In this document: positions 36,141-50,871 of the stretch, piece after piece | Position numbering within the stretch: the first letter of the stretch is position 1 | Layout: each line of letters starts with the position of its first letter | Program-made: the position numbers and the translations under genes | Notes under the pieces: model-generated | The model's database searches: none | What the model saw: only the letters and a program-made list of their open reading frames with translations | What the model was told of the DNA's origin: nothing | Origin: Geosiphon pyriformis uo1 | Taxonomy: Eukaryota; Fungi; Glomeromycota | Assembly (NCBI GenBank): GCA_016748015.1 | Contig: JAAOMT010000664.1 | Location: 1,183,518-1,247,517 of the forward strand | DNA length: 64,000 nt | Reading direction: 5' to 3'

Positions 36141-39100
36141 GCAGGCTGACTTTTAATAAGATAGATAGATGTCGTTTCAATTTCTTCCATTGCTTTAGGT
36201 TCACCAAATTCGATTTCATATTTGTTACTTTTGCTGGATAATGGAATGCTAAGGGCATAGCATTTAGAACACCATTGTTTATCACAAGGCATTATGCATT
36301 CCTCACATTTATTTGCTCTAGCTGTTGAGCTTAAGCTTCTTTGGTTGGGTAGGTGTGACTTGCGATTTAATGGTACATTTCTACTTCATCTTTATAATCG
36401 AATCCAGCTAATTCCAAAGTATATTCAATATATTCAGTTTCTTTCATTTGAAGGACATCTTTGGTTTCTCCGTTAATTAAAACCATGGCAAGTTCATAGA
36501 TCATTTTGGCGTTATGGAGGTAATAATAGAGTTTGTTGAGGGTACTATTGTATGCAACATTGAAAGGTGTTCCATGTTTTACCTTTTCTGCAATAGAAAG
36601 AGCATATTGGCAAGTTTAATCACAGACTCTTCCTCTAAATGTGACATTAATTCAGTTACATTCATCGGGAAGCTGCTTTCCACAAGTAAGACAGGGTGTT
36701 TTATCTCATTTTCTGCTTCTTTTGATCAAGTGGTCCCATTATTCTCGATGGCAGGCATTGCAGTAGTAGCAGATATGACTTTCATATTCTTTCTCAGGTG
36801 AAATACAAGCTCCCATTAACAATAGTTTCTTGTGGCAGTCCTTATATTTAAGGGGAATATAGAGGCATTGTTTCCTTGGTTTAGGCTTTGAGTAAGGGAT
36901 ATTCCATCCAGAGGTTTCAGGTTCAGAGTGTGGAGTAAAATGTTCTTGTTCAGTTTCCTTGGCCCAATTGGATGTTGATTCAAGAGCCATGAATGTTTTG
37001 ATTATTGGTTTTTCTTCTTCTGGTTTGAATTCAAAAGCTGGGGCTTTTTCAGAGTATTTGTTGAATATACCACAAGTGGCAGGTACTCGGGCATGTTGTC
37101 TTTGGTAAGAGATTTGTAGCTCTTGGGTTTCCCAGTCTAATTTCACATTGGCTTTTTGAAGCCAGTCATTTTCGATAAGAGCTTAATACTGAGGAGCATC
37201 TATTACAAGAACTTTGACTGGAATAGTGATTCCATCAAGAGTGAACAGAAAATTGTCAATTTCTCCCACTGGAGTTTTTTTCATGTCATCAGCAGTGACA
37301 ATTACTGTTTGAGCTGGTTAGTCAACATTTCTCTTTAACTGTTGCATCAACTGGTAAGTAATAATACTTCCAGCAGATCCATTGTTTAGGATTAAACAAA
37401 TTGTCTTTCCTTTAACTTTAGCTTTAGTATACATAGCTGTAATTGCTTTCTGTTCATTTGCAACAGCATTACTGAGTAGAAATGATGATTCATTGGCTTT
37501 GAACTTGAAAGAAAAGATATTAGAGAGATTGGCATTTTCAGCAATTTTGGCTGGTAGAATAGTGGTATGATTATGAGAAAAATTTTGTTGTTGTGCTGCA
37601 GCTCTACCTTCCGAGAGTACAGTATAGTGAAAATCCTGTTCTTCTGGCATTGTTAAATAACTGGGTTGAGTATAATAGTGGTTGGGTTTTGGTTGAGTGG
37701 AATTTTGGGAAACCAATTAGTTGTTTGAACTAATTCTATTGTTGTTTACTTGGTATCAGTTTTGTGGTGTAAATTGATTTTGTGTAATCAATCTTCAAGC
37801 AGGTACCTAATAATGTTGTGTGGGTGGTTGTTGGTATTGCTGTTGGATTGGCTGTGGGGCAGGCTGATAATAATTATTTTGGTATTAAGGTCTTGGTGGA
37901 TAGTAAGCTGGTGGTGGAGGTTGATAATAAGATTGCTGTAGTAAAGGGTAATATTGATTATTCCTCTGTTGTTGGTCTCATTGCAATTTTCTACAATCGC
38001 ATTTCCAGTGTCCTAGAATTCCACAATAATGACAATTTTGGATTTGGTTGTTGGATGATGGTCCGAAGTTGTTTTGATTGCATTGTTGTGGGGGTTGGTA
38101 TCTTTGTGGTTGTTGTGATTGCTGCAGCTACTGTTGTTGCTGTTGGTTGGTGAAGTAGTTTTCGACTTTCTTGGTTAATTGGTCAATCTTTTTTTCAGCT
38201 GCTGAGCTAGTTTCTCCAATAACAAGATTAACAAGTTTGGTACAGTTGGCTTTTTCTATAGTCATTTCATAGTTTTTTGCCTGTTAAATAGCAGTGACTA
38301 AATCTTCTGGTACATGTGAGCAAACTTTCTTGATAAGTTTGTCTTTTAGTCCAGCAATGAATTAGTCCAAGATTTGTGCATTGAAGTAGTATTCATTGGT
38401 TTCCAATTGGTGAATCCTTCTAAGCAGTTTGTTGAATTTCCCAAGATAGGTCATAACTGATTCACTTGGTTCTTGCTTGATATTTTGGAACCAATTTCGA
38501 AGGGTAATAGAAGTGTTATTGTCAGTAAACTGTTCTAAAAAAGCAGTTTTGAATGCTTTCTAGTATTCTGGTGGAGCTTCCAAGTTTTCAAACCATTCAT
38601 CAGCTGTTCCTTGTAAGAAGTATGAAATTGCTTTTAACATTCTGGCAGCATTCCAACCATTTGCATCTCCTGCTTTTAAGACTTTGTCAAGCTATTCTTG
38701 AGGACTGGTTTTGCTGTCTTCTCTTGTGAACTTAGGGATTTTTGCAATATATGTGGAGGCCATTTCTTCTTTGTTTTCTGAGTCTTCTGTTTCTTGTTTT
38801 GCTTCAGTTTCTTTGCTTTCCAAACTTTCTGAATGATTACTTTCATTTTCCTGTAGGTAATCAAGAAGGTAGTGCTAATTGAGATTGGTTCTTGTTGTTG
38901 AATAGGGCTTTTGGGTGACTGAAAATCTTCTATTCTTAAAAATCAAATAAAAGGTGAATTTGGTGTTTGTGGTTGAGCAAGTGAAATTGGAAATAGTGTG
39001 ATAGAAAGTGGTAATTTGATGTTGGTTCTTTGTTTAGGTGTTTGCAAGTGTTTGGCAGTTGTCTTTGTCAATATTGGAGTGTTTGGAGTGGTTTTTGAGT

Positions 39101-39528
39101 GTTGTTTTGCTTTTTATTTGCCTTTGTTGCTTGTTTTTGTTTCTGATTCAGAGTCAAAAGAGTATTTGGACTGCACTGGATATTTTTCTTCACAATACTT
39201 GATAATGTTATAATTGAGTTCTTAAAAGTAGGTGGCAAGTGTTTCACTGTTAAGGTCTTCAGTTCCTAATCATGAATAGTGCACTAAATTATTGTAGAGA
39301 TTGCTTCTAACTTCTGAAATGTTGTAATTTCTAAGAAGATAATTGTTGATATGATTTTCAATATATAGGTAAAATGTTCTCTTGACAATTTCAATTTCGT
39401 CTGGAATGTTGAATCTTTGTTTGCAATAGGTGTAAATTGACTGGTAATACTCTAGAGTTGCTGTGTTTGGTGTGGTTGCCACTTTGAATTTTGTTGTTGC
39501 TGTGTTATTTCCATGAGAGAGCACCAAA

Positions 39529-40507
39529 TGTTACTGGAAGTTTTTGATCTCTTTTCTTAAATGTTGTTTATGTCTGTTTGCTGTGAATTCACGTTTTCTG
39601 GATGTGGTTGAACCTCCAGTAACTGAATTTATCTTCAAATTATCTCCTATAATTTAAATTGCTGGGCTTATAGTGGAATAGCCAATTTTGTGCCAGTTAC
39701 TTGACTGTAGTTACGTTGTAGTAAACGTCAACTCTTTCCCAGGAATTGCTTGTCTGGAAGCTCACTAAAAATGTGTAGTTACTTTGCTGTGAAAGTTAAC
39801 TCTTCTACAGGAATCTTGTCTGTAGGCTACCCTAATAATTGTAATAAAAAAAAAACAGAAAAATAAAAGAAATGTAAAAGAAATAAGATTTTATCAAAAG
39901 AAACGTTTTCTATCCAGGCCTGAAGTCACTAATAGTTTACTGAAATTGGTAGCTAATCAATTTCAAAATATTAGTTGGGTTTTGAGGATTTTTCAAGTGC
40001 AATAATTAAAAAATTTGGTTTTTCAAATTATTTAATATTTATTTCTTTTTGTGTGTATAAGAATGGTTCTAAGTGATAAATCTAAAGTAAGATACATTTT
40101 TTCAAAGAGAGAAGCTTTTCTTTTATACAACTTGTCATAACACTATTTTATGAACTTAAACTTTGCTATTTTCTACAATTTCACTAAACTAAAGATACAT
40201 TTCAGCAAACTACAAGTTATTTCTGCAAACTATTAGATATTTCAGTGAACTATCAATTATTTTGGCAAATTTCTACAAATTTCGGTGAACTTTTTGAATG
40301 TTACATAGTTCAGAGTATTGTATGATTGATCATCGCAATTAGGTTATATTTATGTTATGTGCAAATTAGGTTATTAATTAAATGATAATTTCAGACATTC
40401 TGCTAATGTAATAAGTGATAATTTGAACGATAATATATGCTAATTAATGATAGGAATTATAAAGATAATTTTATGCTAAATAATATTTCTAATTTCGTCT
40501 GGTAATA
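39529..40507 (-). repeat. 5' LTR of Gy-B copy 1
   Basis: Direct repeat of 30620-31598; PBS adjacent. Confidence 0.92.
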
Positions 40508-43500
40508 ACATGTAGCCAAAACTGTGGAAGATTATAATATCTAAACATTAAAAAATCAGTTTAGAGCACTTTTATTTACCTTGTTAATAAAAACAACTGT
40601 GCATAATTTTGGAATTTTTTTGAAAAAACTAGTGGAAAAACTTGTATCATAAATTAATTATTAGTTATTGGCAATAAGACTTGTTATATCATGAATAACT
40701 TTAATTTTGATAAAAAATTGGAATCTGTTTTTTACACAGAGCTGATTTTTGGTGGTGTAAAGCTTTTTTAGACTAGAATAAATTTGGTTTGTTGTAAAAG
40801 ATATGAAAATTTTGGACATTTATTTTTAGAGTGTAACATTTTTAGTTTTCTCCATCTTTTTTTCTATAAAGATATTTAAGAAGTTTGTTTCAGATAAAAT
40901 TTGTTTTCAGTTAGCCAAATTATTTGCCAAAAAAAACATTTCTATTTTTTGTCTTGTTATATTTGGTGGCCAGTTATAAGCTTAAGTAGTTTTGGTGGCT
41001 TCTGCTTCTGTTTTTCATAATTTGTTTACTGGTTTTGGTTCTTTTCTCTCTAATGTCTCAAATTTTGTTAGAAGATTTTTTTTTATTGTGCTTGATAATT
41101 TCTCTTTGAATGCTCATTTGGTCTTTTTGGAATACTTTTTAGAGTTTTTAACAGATTAAGTCTCTGGAATTGCACATAAAATCAGTAATATAAAATTGGT
41201 TCTGTTGGTTCTATTTTTTTCTCCTTAAGTAACAATAAATATATTAGCTTTTGATCTAGATTTAAATTTGAGCATAGTTTTAAATGATTTGCAAATCTTG
41301 TTCTTACCTTTTTTTTTGGGCATTGGTAAAGCTTAGTTTTGAATTTAAGTAGTTCTAAAATCTTAACCATTAAGATAGGCAGTTTAAAATCTATGTTGAT
41401 GGCCTTTGAAGCTTTTGTTAGTTCAATTTTGGTAAAATTAGATCTTTTGTATGTTAGTTTAAGTTTTTTTGTAAATTTTTTTTTCTAATAAGTAAGTTAA
41501 TTTAAAAATAGCCATATGTAATGTCAAAGAAATAAACAATATTGCAAAACAAAAGAACATTGTTTGTTGGTACAGAGATAAAAGTAATTCTATTTCTATT
41601 ATTACAGAAACAAAGCTAAGAAGCAAAGTTTGCTCTTGGTTAATAAATAAGTTTAATAAGATTAGAGTTTTTATCTTTGATGTTAACTTCAATTATTTAG
41701 GATCTGATGTTGCTGTGATAATTAACAATAATATTATGAGACATATGTACAAAATTTCAAAGGTGGCTAATTAACTTTTGTTGATATATTTGCTATTTAA
41801 AAATTGTTTTTTGGTTTTTATTTTGGAATTGTATACTAAAACCACTCTGAAAAAAAGATTAATTCAGTCATGCAAAATTAACTTAATAATAGCTGAAGCA
41901 TTAAATAATAGTATTTTTGTGGTTTTTAAAAGAGATTTAAATAAAAATAAATCTGGTTACAGTGCAAGTTCAAGAAGTTTTTGAACATAAAATTATACAA
42001 CTCTCTTAGTGATTCAACTCTAAAGGAGTTAAGAAGTACATAAATTTTGTTTTAGTTAGTAATAGTCTTAAGAGTTTTTCTGTTAATTAACAAGTTTATT
42101 GTCCAAATGAGTTTTTTAATACTGATTATATAGTTGTTTTGGCAGATATTAATTTGGAAGAACTCCTTAATTTTTATTATATTTTAGTATACAAATAGGC
42201 TATCAAGAATAGATAGAAGTTTAAAGTTAATAGTATTAGTAAAAAAACCTGGAAAAAGTTTAGAGATTTGTTACTGGTTGCTGCTCTGGCTGCTGTTGAC
42301 AACTTTAAAGACTATAAAGGTAGACTTAACATCAATAAGATATGGAAACTGCTCAGTTAAATGGTAGAACTTTGCTGTTAATACCATTTTTTTAAAAACA
42401 TAATTCAAAAGTTATGATATACTCAAGTATGCTGCATCTTTTAAGTTTTACAAATTAAAATTACTGATGTTTAAAATCTTGAAAACATATAAGCTAGATA
42501 ATATAAAGAAAGTTCAAGCTTTAGTTGCTAAGTGGATTGGGTTGAATTCTGTTTAAACTATAAAATTCAAAAACGTTTTTAATAATAATTATAGCAAAAT
42601 CTTAATCAAACAATTGTTGACTTATTCCAAGAGGTTTTATAGATTTCATAAACTATTAAAATTTAAGGTGGCTGAGGATTCCCAAATTAAAGCTGCTATT
42701 ACCAAATGCATAAAAGCCTTTACCAGTAACAAAAGTTATATAATAAGAAGTATACTGAAAAGACTTTTCAGAAAAGTTATATTGAATTATTTGGTAGATA
42801 ATAGTAATCTGGTTTTGGAATCTGATTTAGTTAAGTATAAGATTGATTTAATTATGAAAAATTGGATCAAAAAATGTGTAGTTAAAGATGCTTTTTCTGT
42901 TTGTTGGCAAAGTCAGTTTACACCTGTTAAATATGTTAAGAATAAAATGTTTTCTGGTGTTATAGAATGTATTAGTCTTGATAAATTCTTGTTAATAGTT
43001 AATAATCTTTTTAATAACAAGACTACTAAACTGTTTAGTATTTCTAATGAGATGTAAAAATAATATAATAAGTGTGTTTTGGATCTTTTTTTGTGTTTAT
43101 TCAATTTGTGCTTAGTAGTTGAATTTGTTTCTAATGTCTGAAAAGAGATATAAGTGTTAATAATTCCAAAGTCTTATGAATGAGAGAAAGTTTTAATAAA
43201 TATTAAACCAATTGCTTTTATTGAGACAGTAAAGAAGATTTTTTCAAAAGTTTTGTTTGATCAGATATCTGGAGTCTGCAGTAAGCATAATGTTCTGTGA
43301 AAGAATAATTTCTTAATGTTAAAAAGCATTTTAACTCAATCTTCTATCTTTACTATTGGGTCTGTAGTAAAGAATGTCTTGAAAAAAAGCAGGGAGATAT
43401 GATTATTACTTCAGAATATAAAAAAAGCTTACAATTTAGTTGGATGGTCACATTTGAAAAAAAGTCTAAGAAAAATTAAAATGTGTGATAAATTTATTAA

Positions 43501-46500
43501 GTTTTTTGGTCATATTTATAATAATCATAAGAATAGAATAATAATAGATTTTAATTTATATAGTACATGATAGTCTGAATTAGAGTAAAGTTTTTTTGTC
43601 TCTTTTCTAAAAAATTTTTTATAACTCTTTTTTGTGTGAAGTAAAAAAGCATAATTTAGTTTTTAAGTATTATATAAATTCTAAATTTATTTCTAAAACT
43701 GGCAGGATTAAAACAAATGTTGATTTAATCTCTTATCTGGCTGCTAATGTTTTCATGAATGATACAATTTAAATTGCCAATTGTTATATAATGACACAGA
43801 ACATTCTAAATATTGTTAGCAAGTTTTTTAACATTATAAATATTTCAATAAATACAAAAAAGACAATGACAATTTTAATAAACCCAAGATTTAATAGTAT
43901 CTCTTTGAATATAAGTGGTTCTTCTATTTTAGTTACAAAAACTGGTGAAATTTATTAGTGTTTGGGCATCTTTTTGTCAACCAAGAATCTCTTTGGTTTG
44001 AACATAAAAAAAGCCAATTCAGATGTAAAGTTTTTTACATTAATAGTTTTGCACAAAGTTATTTTAGACAAGCAATTTTTTTATTTGGTTTTTGTAGTTT
44101 TGCAGCCAATTAGATATAAAACTCAGTTCAGCTTTATTAACAAAAGTACATATAATAAGTAAAACTATTTGATCAAAAAAGACTTAAAAACCAAGACCAA
44201 TTTACTGAAAGATTTTCTTAATGAGACCATATATCATTCATCTCTATATAATTTAAAGCTCTTTAATCAGATTTAGATAGAAAAAAAGATAGTATCAATA
44301 ATAAGCCTCACCAATGTTCAAAGTATTCTTGATTGATTTTTTTCGATATAGGTTGTTGGATTTACAGATATTAGGCTGAGTTTTTCATAATTTTTTTCAG
44401 TTTCTAGTTAGGTTAAAAATCAATTTAATAAACAACTTTCTTGTCAGTATTGCTTAAATTTTTCTACTTAATAGAATTCAATTGCACAATGATCTGTTTT
44501 GTGCTTTTTATCTTAAAAATGGGATTTCTGTAATGAACATTTTGGATTAAGTAGAATATTTTCAAATTTATAAGTCTCTTAAGCATTTTGGCATAGTTTT
44601 TGCAGATCAATTTTTAAATAAACATAGAATATGTTTCTCTTAAAAAAATTTTTGTTATTAGAAATAGTTGAATCTTAAGAGCCCAATTTTTTTTTGGTTT
44701 GTACAAGTTTTAGAGTTCATTAGAAGTAATGGTTTGGCTTGCAACATTCAATCTGTTTTTAACTGTAGTTCTAATACAAATGTGTTTAATGCAAATAGCT
44801 TTTATATTATTTGCTCTTGGTTGAAAAATGCTTTATTGTCCAAGATCTTAATATACATTAATAATTCTGTAAAAAAATTTGGGTTTTCTAATGTGGTTGG
44901 TAGTGCTGTTACTTACTTTTCTGATTTAGATCTGGGCATAAAAATGAAAGTTTATGGTTTGTTTTTGTTGATATTGGCTGAGCTGCAAGTTATGGTTTTG
45001 GCTTTTAAGTACATTCTGGTTCTTTTTAATATTGTAATCTTTTCTGATAATTAAGCTTCTATAAATATGTATCAAGCTAAATTGAGGTTAATAACATCTA
45101 ACTTCTGTAATAAGTGTTAAATTAAGTAATATTATGTTAATAATTTGGTTAAAAATAAAAAAATTTCTGTGAATTAAACAAAGATAAAAAGTTATTTCAG
45201 CATATTAGACAATAAAATCTAATAAGTTGATTGATCAAACTGTATTTTTAAGGCTTACTTTTTCAATAAGCATTCAAAAAAACTTTTTGTTGGCTATTGG
45301 TATGATAATTTTTGGCAATGTTTAACATTTTATTAAGGCTATATACAATATTATGAGGTGTTTTCAGTAAAAAATTAGTTCTGGTGTTAATGCAATAGAA
45401 TTTTTGTGTGTTGATAACATTAATTAGAAGCTCACTGTCTTGGTTTAGTATTCCAATTCTCATATGGCAGCTGGCTACATGAGCAGATAAATGACTGGCC
45501 TGCATATGTATTTAATAAAAGCAGTTTATAAAAAATTACTTATAGTAATTAAGAAGCACTTATACAATTATGGCTATTCTAATGTGTTATGTATGTGTTG
45601 TAAAAAAATAGAATTTTTAGATCATAGTTTCAATTGTAGCTTAAATTCATCCATCTGTCAAAATTTATTAAATAAATGTTCTTTTTTTTTAAAATTTTCG
45701 ACTAAAACAAAATTGGTTTTGTTTATAGTTCTTCAATTATTGGTTTTATGTATTTCTAATGTAAATTTATATACTGTCTTATGCAAAAAATTCATGCTTG
45801 AAAATTGGTTAATGGAAACCATAGCCACTTTTGGGAACACTAATTTTGTTGCAACCAAAATAGTTGATTTTGTGTATAGTTTAGTTACTGTTCATAAGAA
45901 GTGAGTTTAGGTGCTTAATTCGAGACTTTAAGTTAATATAATTGTAAAAGTTTATTAAGTGAAAATGGTTTTTTGTTTGATGCCATTTGTGATATTTTTG
46001 CTAAGATCTTAGATAGTGTGGTATAATTATTGGAGATGAAGGAAGATTATGCTATTAGTTTTGGTTTAAAAGTAAGTTATTTGTTTTTTGCTAATGCAAT
46101 AAGGAATGTTATTATTAATATTGTTGTATAATGTAGTTTTAATTGGCCAGATGACTGGTCATATATAGCAAATATGTGATTTATATTTAATTTAGAACTC
46201 TAGATAATTGTATTGTATTAGATAATGATTAAGTCTCACTTATAAAATACAATAAAAAAAATTTATTACTTATTATCTTATTAAATTATTTAAATTACTA
46301 GTCAATTAATAACTTAATTTGTATAATATACAAAATATAATAATTAGATTACACAATATTTTAAATTATATAACATTTAAAAATTTGCCAAAATAATTAA
46401 TTGCTTACTAAAATACTTAATAGTTTGTAAAAATAAATTGTAATTTGCCTAAATATATCTTTAATTTGGCAAAATAATAACAAAAAAAAGTACAAGTTAT

Positions 46501-47291
46501 ATAAAAAAAGCTTTTTTCTTTAAAAATATATTTTAATTAGAATTATTTTTACTTAAAATATCTTTTTTAATATTTATACAAAGTATCTTAATAAAAAAAA
46601 CTATATTAAAAAACAATAAAATTTATAATTATTTTACTTAAAATTCTCTAAATTCCAATTAATATTTTAAAATTAATTAGTTACTAATTTTAGTAGTCTA
46701 TTAGTAACTTCAAACTTAAACAAAAGATAATTTTTTTAAACAAAATTTTTTTTCTTTTACTTTTTTTTTATTTTTTAAATACATATTAGAGTAGTTTACA
46801 AATAAGATTCCTATAAAAAAGTTAATTTTTATTGCAAAATAAATATACATTTTTAGTGAACTTTTAAATAAGCATTTTCTGAAAAAAAATTAATTTTTAC
46901 TATAAAATAATTATATAAGTAATTAGTACAAAATTGGTTATTTTATTCATAAATTTAGCAGTTTAAATTATAAAAAATAATTTAAAGATAAATTTAGTTA
47001 TTAAAAGTTTAATAGTTTTCAATAATTAAGAATTAACAAAAAAACAACAACAATAATATTCAAAAAAAAAGACCAAAAATTTTTAGTAACAGTAATTGTA
47101 AATATAAGCTATTTTTTTGAACTAGTTAAACATAATTGCTAAAGTTTGATATTGTTTTTTTGTCTTTTTGATAAGCTAATAAGATAAAATTAATATTTAA
47201 ATCTAAAAAAAATTTCTTTTTTTTTACCAAACTATTATAAAGTTTATTTACAAACAGTTAATTTTTAATGTTGTTATTCTACCAAAAAAAT

Positions 47292-47324
<33 letters not shown>

Positions 47325-47903
47325 ATTAATGTTGTTAATTGTTTAATTAAGAGTAATTGGTTCAAATTATTAAGATTCCAAAGCTGTTTATGCTAATAGT
47401 ATTTGGTCTAAAATGAAAATAAAAAACAATTAATTTAATTTCAATAACACAAATTTTAAAATTATATACAAGTAAATTAAATAAAAATAAATTTTTTATT
47501 TTAATAATTAATACAAAAATATAAAAAAAATAAGATAAAAAGAGTTTATTAAGTTAAAAGTAAAATATTAAAAAAAAATTAATTATTGTTTTTTTTTTAT
47601 CTGCTAAAAATTACTCATTTTTATATATATTTTTTAGTTTTACAAGATTGCTTTTGATTATTTATTATTATTAATTATTACTTATTATTTTTATTATTGC
47701 TTTGTTTTTTTATACTATAATTATTTATTTTATGTTATAATTAATTAATCTGTATTATTTTATATTATTGTGTATTATCTTGTATTATCCTAAATTATTA
47801 TATATTATTTTGTATTATTTGTGTTATTATGTTTTTTTTATGTTATTATGTATTAATCATGTTTTTTTCATAGTTTGGTATTGGTTTTTCTGTTCAAGTA
47901 ACA

Positions 47904-49185
47904 TCAAATTACAGAAATATTGTAGAAATATGAGTTTAAAAGCAGCAAATTAGCTGGTTTTTTTGTAAAACTTTAATACTAAAAGTTAACTGTTTTTATT
48001 AAAAAAATATAATAGTTAAATATAATAGTAAATTTTGGTAAATTTGTTTTTTAAGTCTTTTAGTATTAGCTATTCTGCTTAGATAATAATTAATTTTAAT
48101 ATATATATATAAAAATTGCTTTTGGCTGTAAATATTTTTTTTGGAATTCTTAGATCTTTTTAAAAGTATTGATATAATGCTTTTTCAAAAATAAGTAATT
48201 TTTTTTAGCTATTTTAATAGTTGTTATTTTGTAAATTTTTTGAATGCTCTGTTTTTATAGATTTTATAATCTTACAAAAAATACCAAATTTTATAGATAA
48301 ATTTGGTAGTATATAATTATAATATTTGGTATTTATAATTAGATAATAGAGCTAATTGGATATAAATAAATTGATTTAGTTAGTTAATTTAATTATTAGT
48401 TTTTAAAAGTTTTCTGGTTTTAAAGTTTTATTTATTAAATTCTTTAATTATAAAGCATAAAATTGTCTTTTTTTCAAATATGTTGTTAATATTGTGTTTT
48501 TTTTGAGTTAATTAAGTACAGTTATTAAGATCTGGTGTTGTTTTTTTGTTTTTTTAATAAACTAACAAGATAAAATTAATATTCAAACTTAAGAAAAAAA
48601 ATTTTATTTATTAAATTATTACAAAATTTATTTTTAGACAGTTAATTTCCAATGTTACCACTTTACAAAAAAAAAAGAGAAAAAAAAAATTAAAAAAAAA
48701 TAAAAAATTAATATTTTGTTAATTGTTATAATCAAAAATAATTAATTCAAATTGTTAAAATTCCAAAAATATTTATGCTAATTGCATTTGGTCTAAAACA
48801 AAAATAAACAAAAACATTTTAATTAAATTTTAACAATTTTATGATTTCAATTATGAACTTATAAATTTAAACAATTAATATTTTTTTAAGTAAATTAAAA
48901 GTATAAATAATAAGAAAAAAAAAAGATTTTTAAGATCAAAAGTAAAATAAAAATATTATATTAATTTTTGTTTAGTCTGTTTTTTTTTATTTATTAAAAT
49001 TACTTATTTTTATACATATTTTTTAGTTTTATAAGATTGTTTTTAATTGTTTATTATTGCTAATTATTATTTGCTATTTTAACTATTATTATATTTTTTT
49101 TATATTATAACTAATTATTCTATATTATTATTAGTTATTCTGTATTATTTTGTATTATTGTGTATTATTTTGTATTAATTTGTAT
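47904..49185 (-). mobile_element. Second Gy-C fragment (5' internal region, PBS and LTR from 48289)
   Basis: Colinear with 28240-28672 plus 47092-47860. PBS remnant TTTGGTAT lies left of 48289. TGTATTATTT tandem repeats at ~49140-49190. Confidence 0.6.
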
Positions 49186-50234
49186 TTTTTTATTATTATA
49201 TTTAATGAGTAAGGTCCAAATATTACCTAGTATAATATATTATACAAATAATCTAAACTAGATGTAAATTATACACTTTCTACATATAATCAGCCACTTA
49301 GATCAACCAGAACAACACTAATCATCTATATGAACAGAAACCATATTATCTATACCTGAGAAAAACAAACAAGACTTACAAAAACCAAAACTAACACTAA
49401 AAGCTTTAGGTATACTTAATAATTTAACCACACTAGCCAAAAGTGTTAAAGAAAGCCCAAAAACCAAAAGAAAAATAGATTTATTATGTAGAATCAGCCC
49501 ATTTTTCTCCATAAAAGCTCTGTGTTTGGCACAAACCAATCAAAATTAATCCTGGAAAGCCAGGCAGAACCCATGCATAAAATCAATAATATTCCAACTT
49601 GCTATCTTGGAATTTCTGAAAACAAAGGCAAACTCATGATACCAGTTATTGAAAACAAAGCTCTTGCACAAAACCACATCAATTATAACTTCAGAAATAC
49701 AGATATATAACAATTGTGAAACACAAGAAGCAGAGTGAAAAAAACCAGAAAGTGCTTCTCAAGCAGTTGTATAAACATCCAATAACTAAGTACAATTAGC
49801 AGCATTAAAAGCACAAGAAAAAACATGGTCTGAAATCTCTACCTTACTACAAAACAAACATATTATACTGGGATAGCACTTGTTATACAGCCACTTATGC
49901 AAAACAACAGGTAGCCAATAATGTAAAGCTTTCATAAAATATGTGCAAAATCTAGCTAAACATTTGCTGATAAAACCAGCAGCCATATGAAAGTTAGAAT
50001 ACCAAACCAGAGATGATCTGAACCAATTAATATCTACATATAAACAATCCAATACAACTCGAAAACCAGAGCCAACCTCCCAATGTGCACAATAAACTGA
50101 CCAAAAAACCCCATGCATGAAATGTCTAAAGTTGTCAGAAACAACATTACCACCAACCCTGATATAATGCTTACTAACTAAGTATAAAAGACACCAACTA
50201 AAAAAAGCAGCAGTCTCAGCAAACATATCAGCAT
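49186..50234 (-). mobile_element. 3' fragment of a third LINE copy, cut by a Gy-A insertion at 50235
   Basis: ORF 49786-50295 carries ADMFAE..YFMKALHYWLPV..CLFC..DHVFSC, homologous to the 3' ends of the other two LINEs. A-rich tail at ~49186-49200. Confidence 0.82.
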
Positions 50235-50871
50235 TGTTATTCATAGAATATAAAAAGTATATTAGCATATATATTAGCCAATTAGAAGTAGCCATAGTAA
50301 ATGTGAAATTCCAAGATTCTTCTCAAAAGAATTGCAGAATTCCAGAAATTTCAGAATTCTCATACAAGGAATTGCAGAATTTCAGAATTCCAGAATTTCT
50401 CTCAAAAAAATTGCAGGATTCTAGAAATCTCAGGATTCTTGGTGTGAAGAATTAAGGAATTGAGAAATCTCAATTATGTATATATATTGGTAGCATTAAA
50501 AATAGAAAAAACAGACCTCCCAGTTTAGATTTGATCTAAGTGATCTTCCATATTACAAATATCAATAAATAATTATTTTACCATTTTAATTCACTTTCCA
50601 CTATCAACACTTTATGTTGATAGTTGTTAATACTTAACCATACTAGAACAATAGCTCTTGATCACAGCTATTGACAGGATACTAACATACAAATTGTCTT
50701 GACTTATTTCTTTTATTTCTTTTATTTTCTTTGTTATTTCTTTGGTTTTACTAATTTGATTAAAAAAATTTATGCACAGAAGTACTGACGTCAGAATATA
50801 GTACTGGTAAAAGACCCAGGAATAAGGGTAGACATTTGGAATTGAAAATATCTTACCAGAAGATTTACTGG

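Larger units (their letters stand above)
30620..40507 (-). mobile_element. Full-length degenerate Ty3/Gypsy LTR retrotransposon, family Gy-B, copy 1
   Basis: The 979-bp LTRs are 30620-31598 and 39529-40507, with terminal inverted TGTTACCAGA..TCTGGTAACA and a perfect TSD ACAT (30616-30619, 40508-40511). PBS TTTGGTGCTCTC, PPT AGAAGGAGGTTA. Domains: gag, protease (37318-37716), dUTPase (35762-36292), RT (34958-35536, 34454-34720), RNase H and integrase (33301-33606). Confidence 0.95.
28768..46259 (+). mobile_element. Degenerate full-length LINE, interrupted by a solo LTR (28907-29724) and a Gy-B element (30620-40507)
   Basis: An 11-bp TSD AATTTATTACT lies at 28757-28767 and 46260-46270, with an A-tail at 46254-46260. 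ORF1 continues across the Gy-B insertion (KNSVH|VAKTVE). ORF2 remnants span ~41490-46130 (RT ~43200-44160, RNase H 44668-45054, zinc finger CMCC..DHSFNC 45491-45904). Homologous to 21455-28240. Confidence 0.88.
28673..47091 (+). repeat. Old Gy-B solo LTR split by a LINE insertion (pieces 28673-28767 and 46260-47091)
   Basis: 28673-28767 matches the start of the Gy-B LTR (AAGATATT..AAATTATCTTTATAATT). 46270-47091 matches the rest and ends GACCAAAAATTTTTAGTAACA. Very AT-eroded. Confidence 0.7.
19835..47903 (-). mobile_element. Highly decayed Gypsy family Gy-C remnant (gag + 5' LTR), fragmented by later insertions
   Basis: The gag-like remnant QKANYTQAINLAINKTLNIDTKL lies at ~20340-20420. PBS TTTGGTGCTTTCT lies left of 28475. 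The LTR pieces 28475-28672 and 47092-47903 (ending GTAACA) are colinear with an uninterrupted homologue at ~48000-49190. The element probably continues left of Gy-A to ~9800. Confidence 0.6.

Noticed and set aside
21455-46259. Two head-to-head LINEs as the inverted arms of one large composite element
   Set aside because: They are diverged, independent insertions into different targets; the right copy has its own 11-bp TSD inside a solo LTR.
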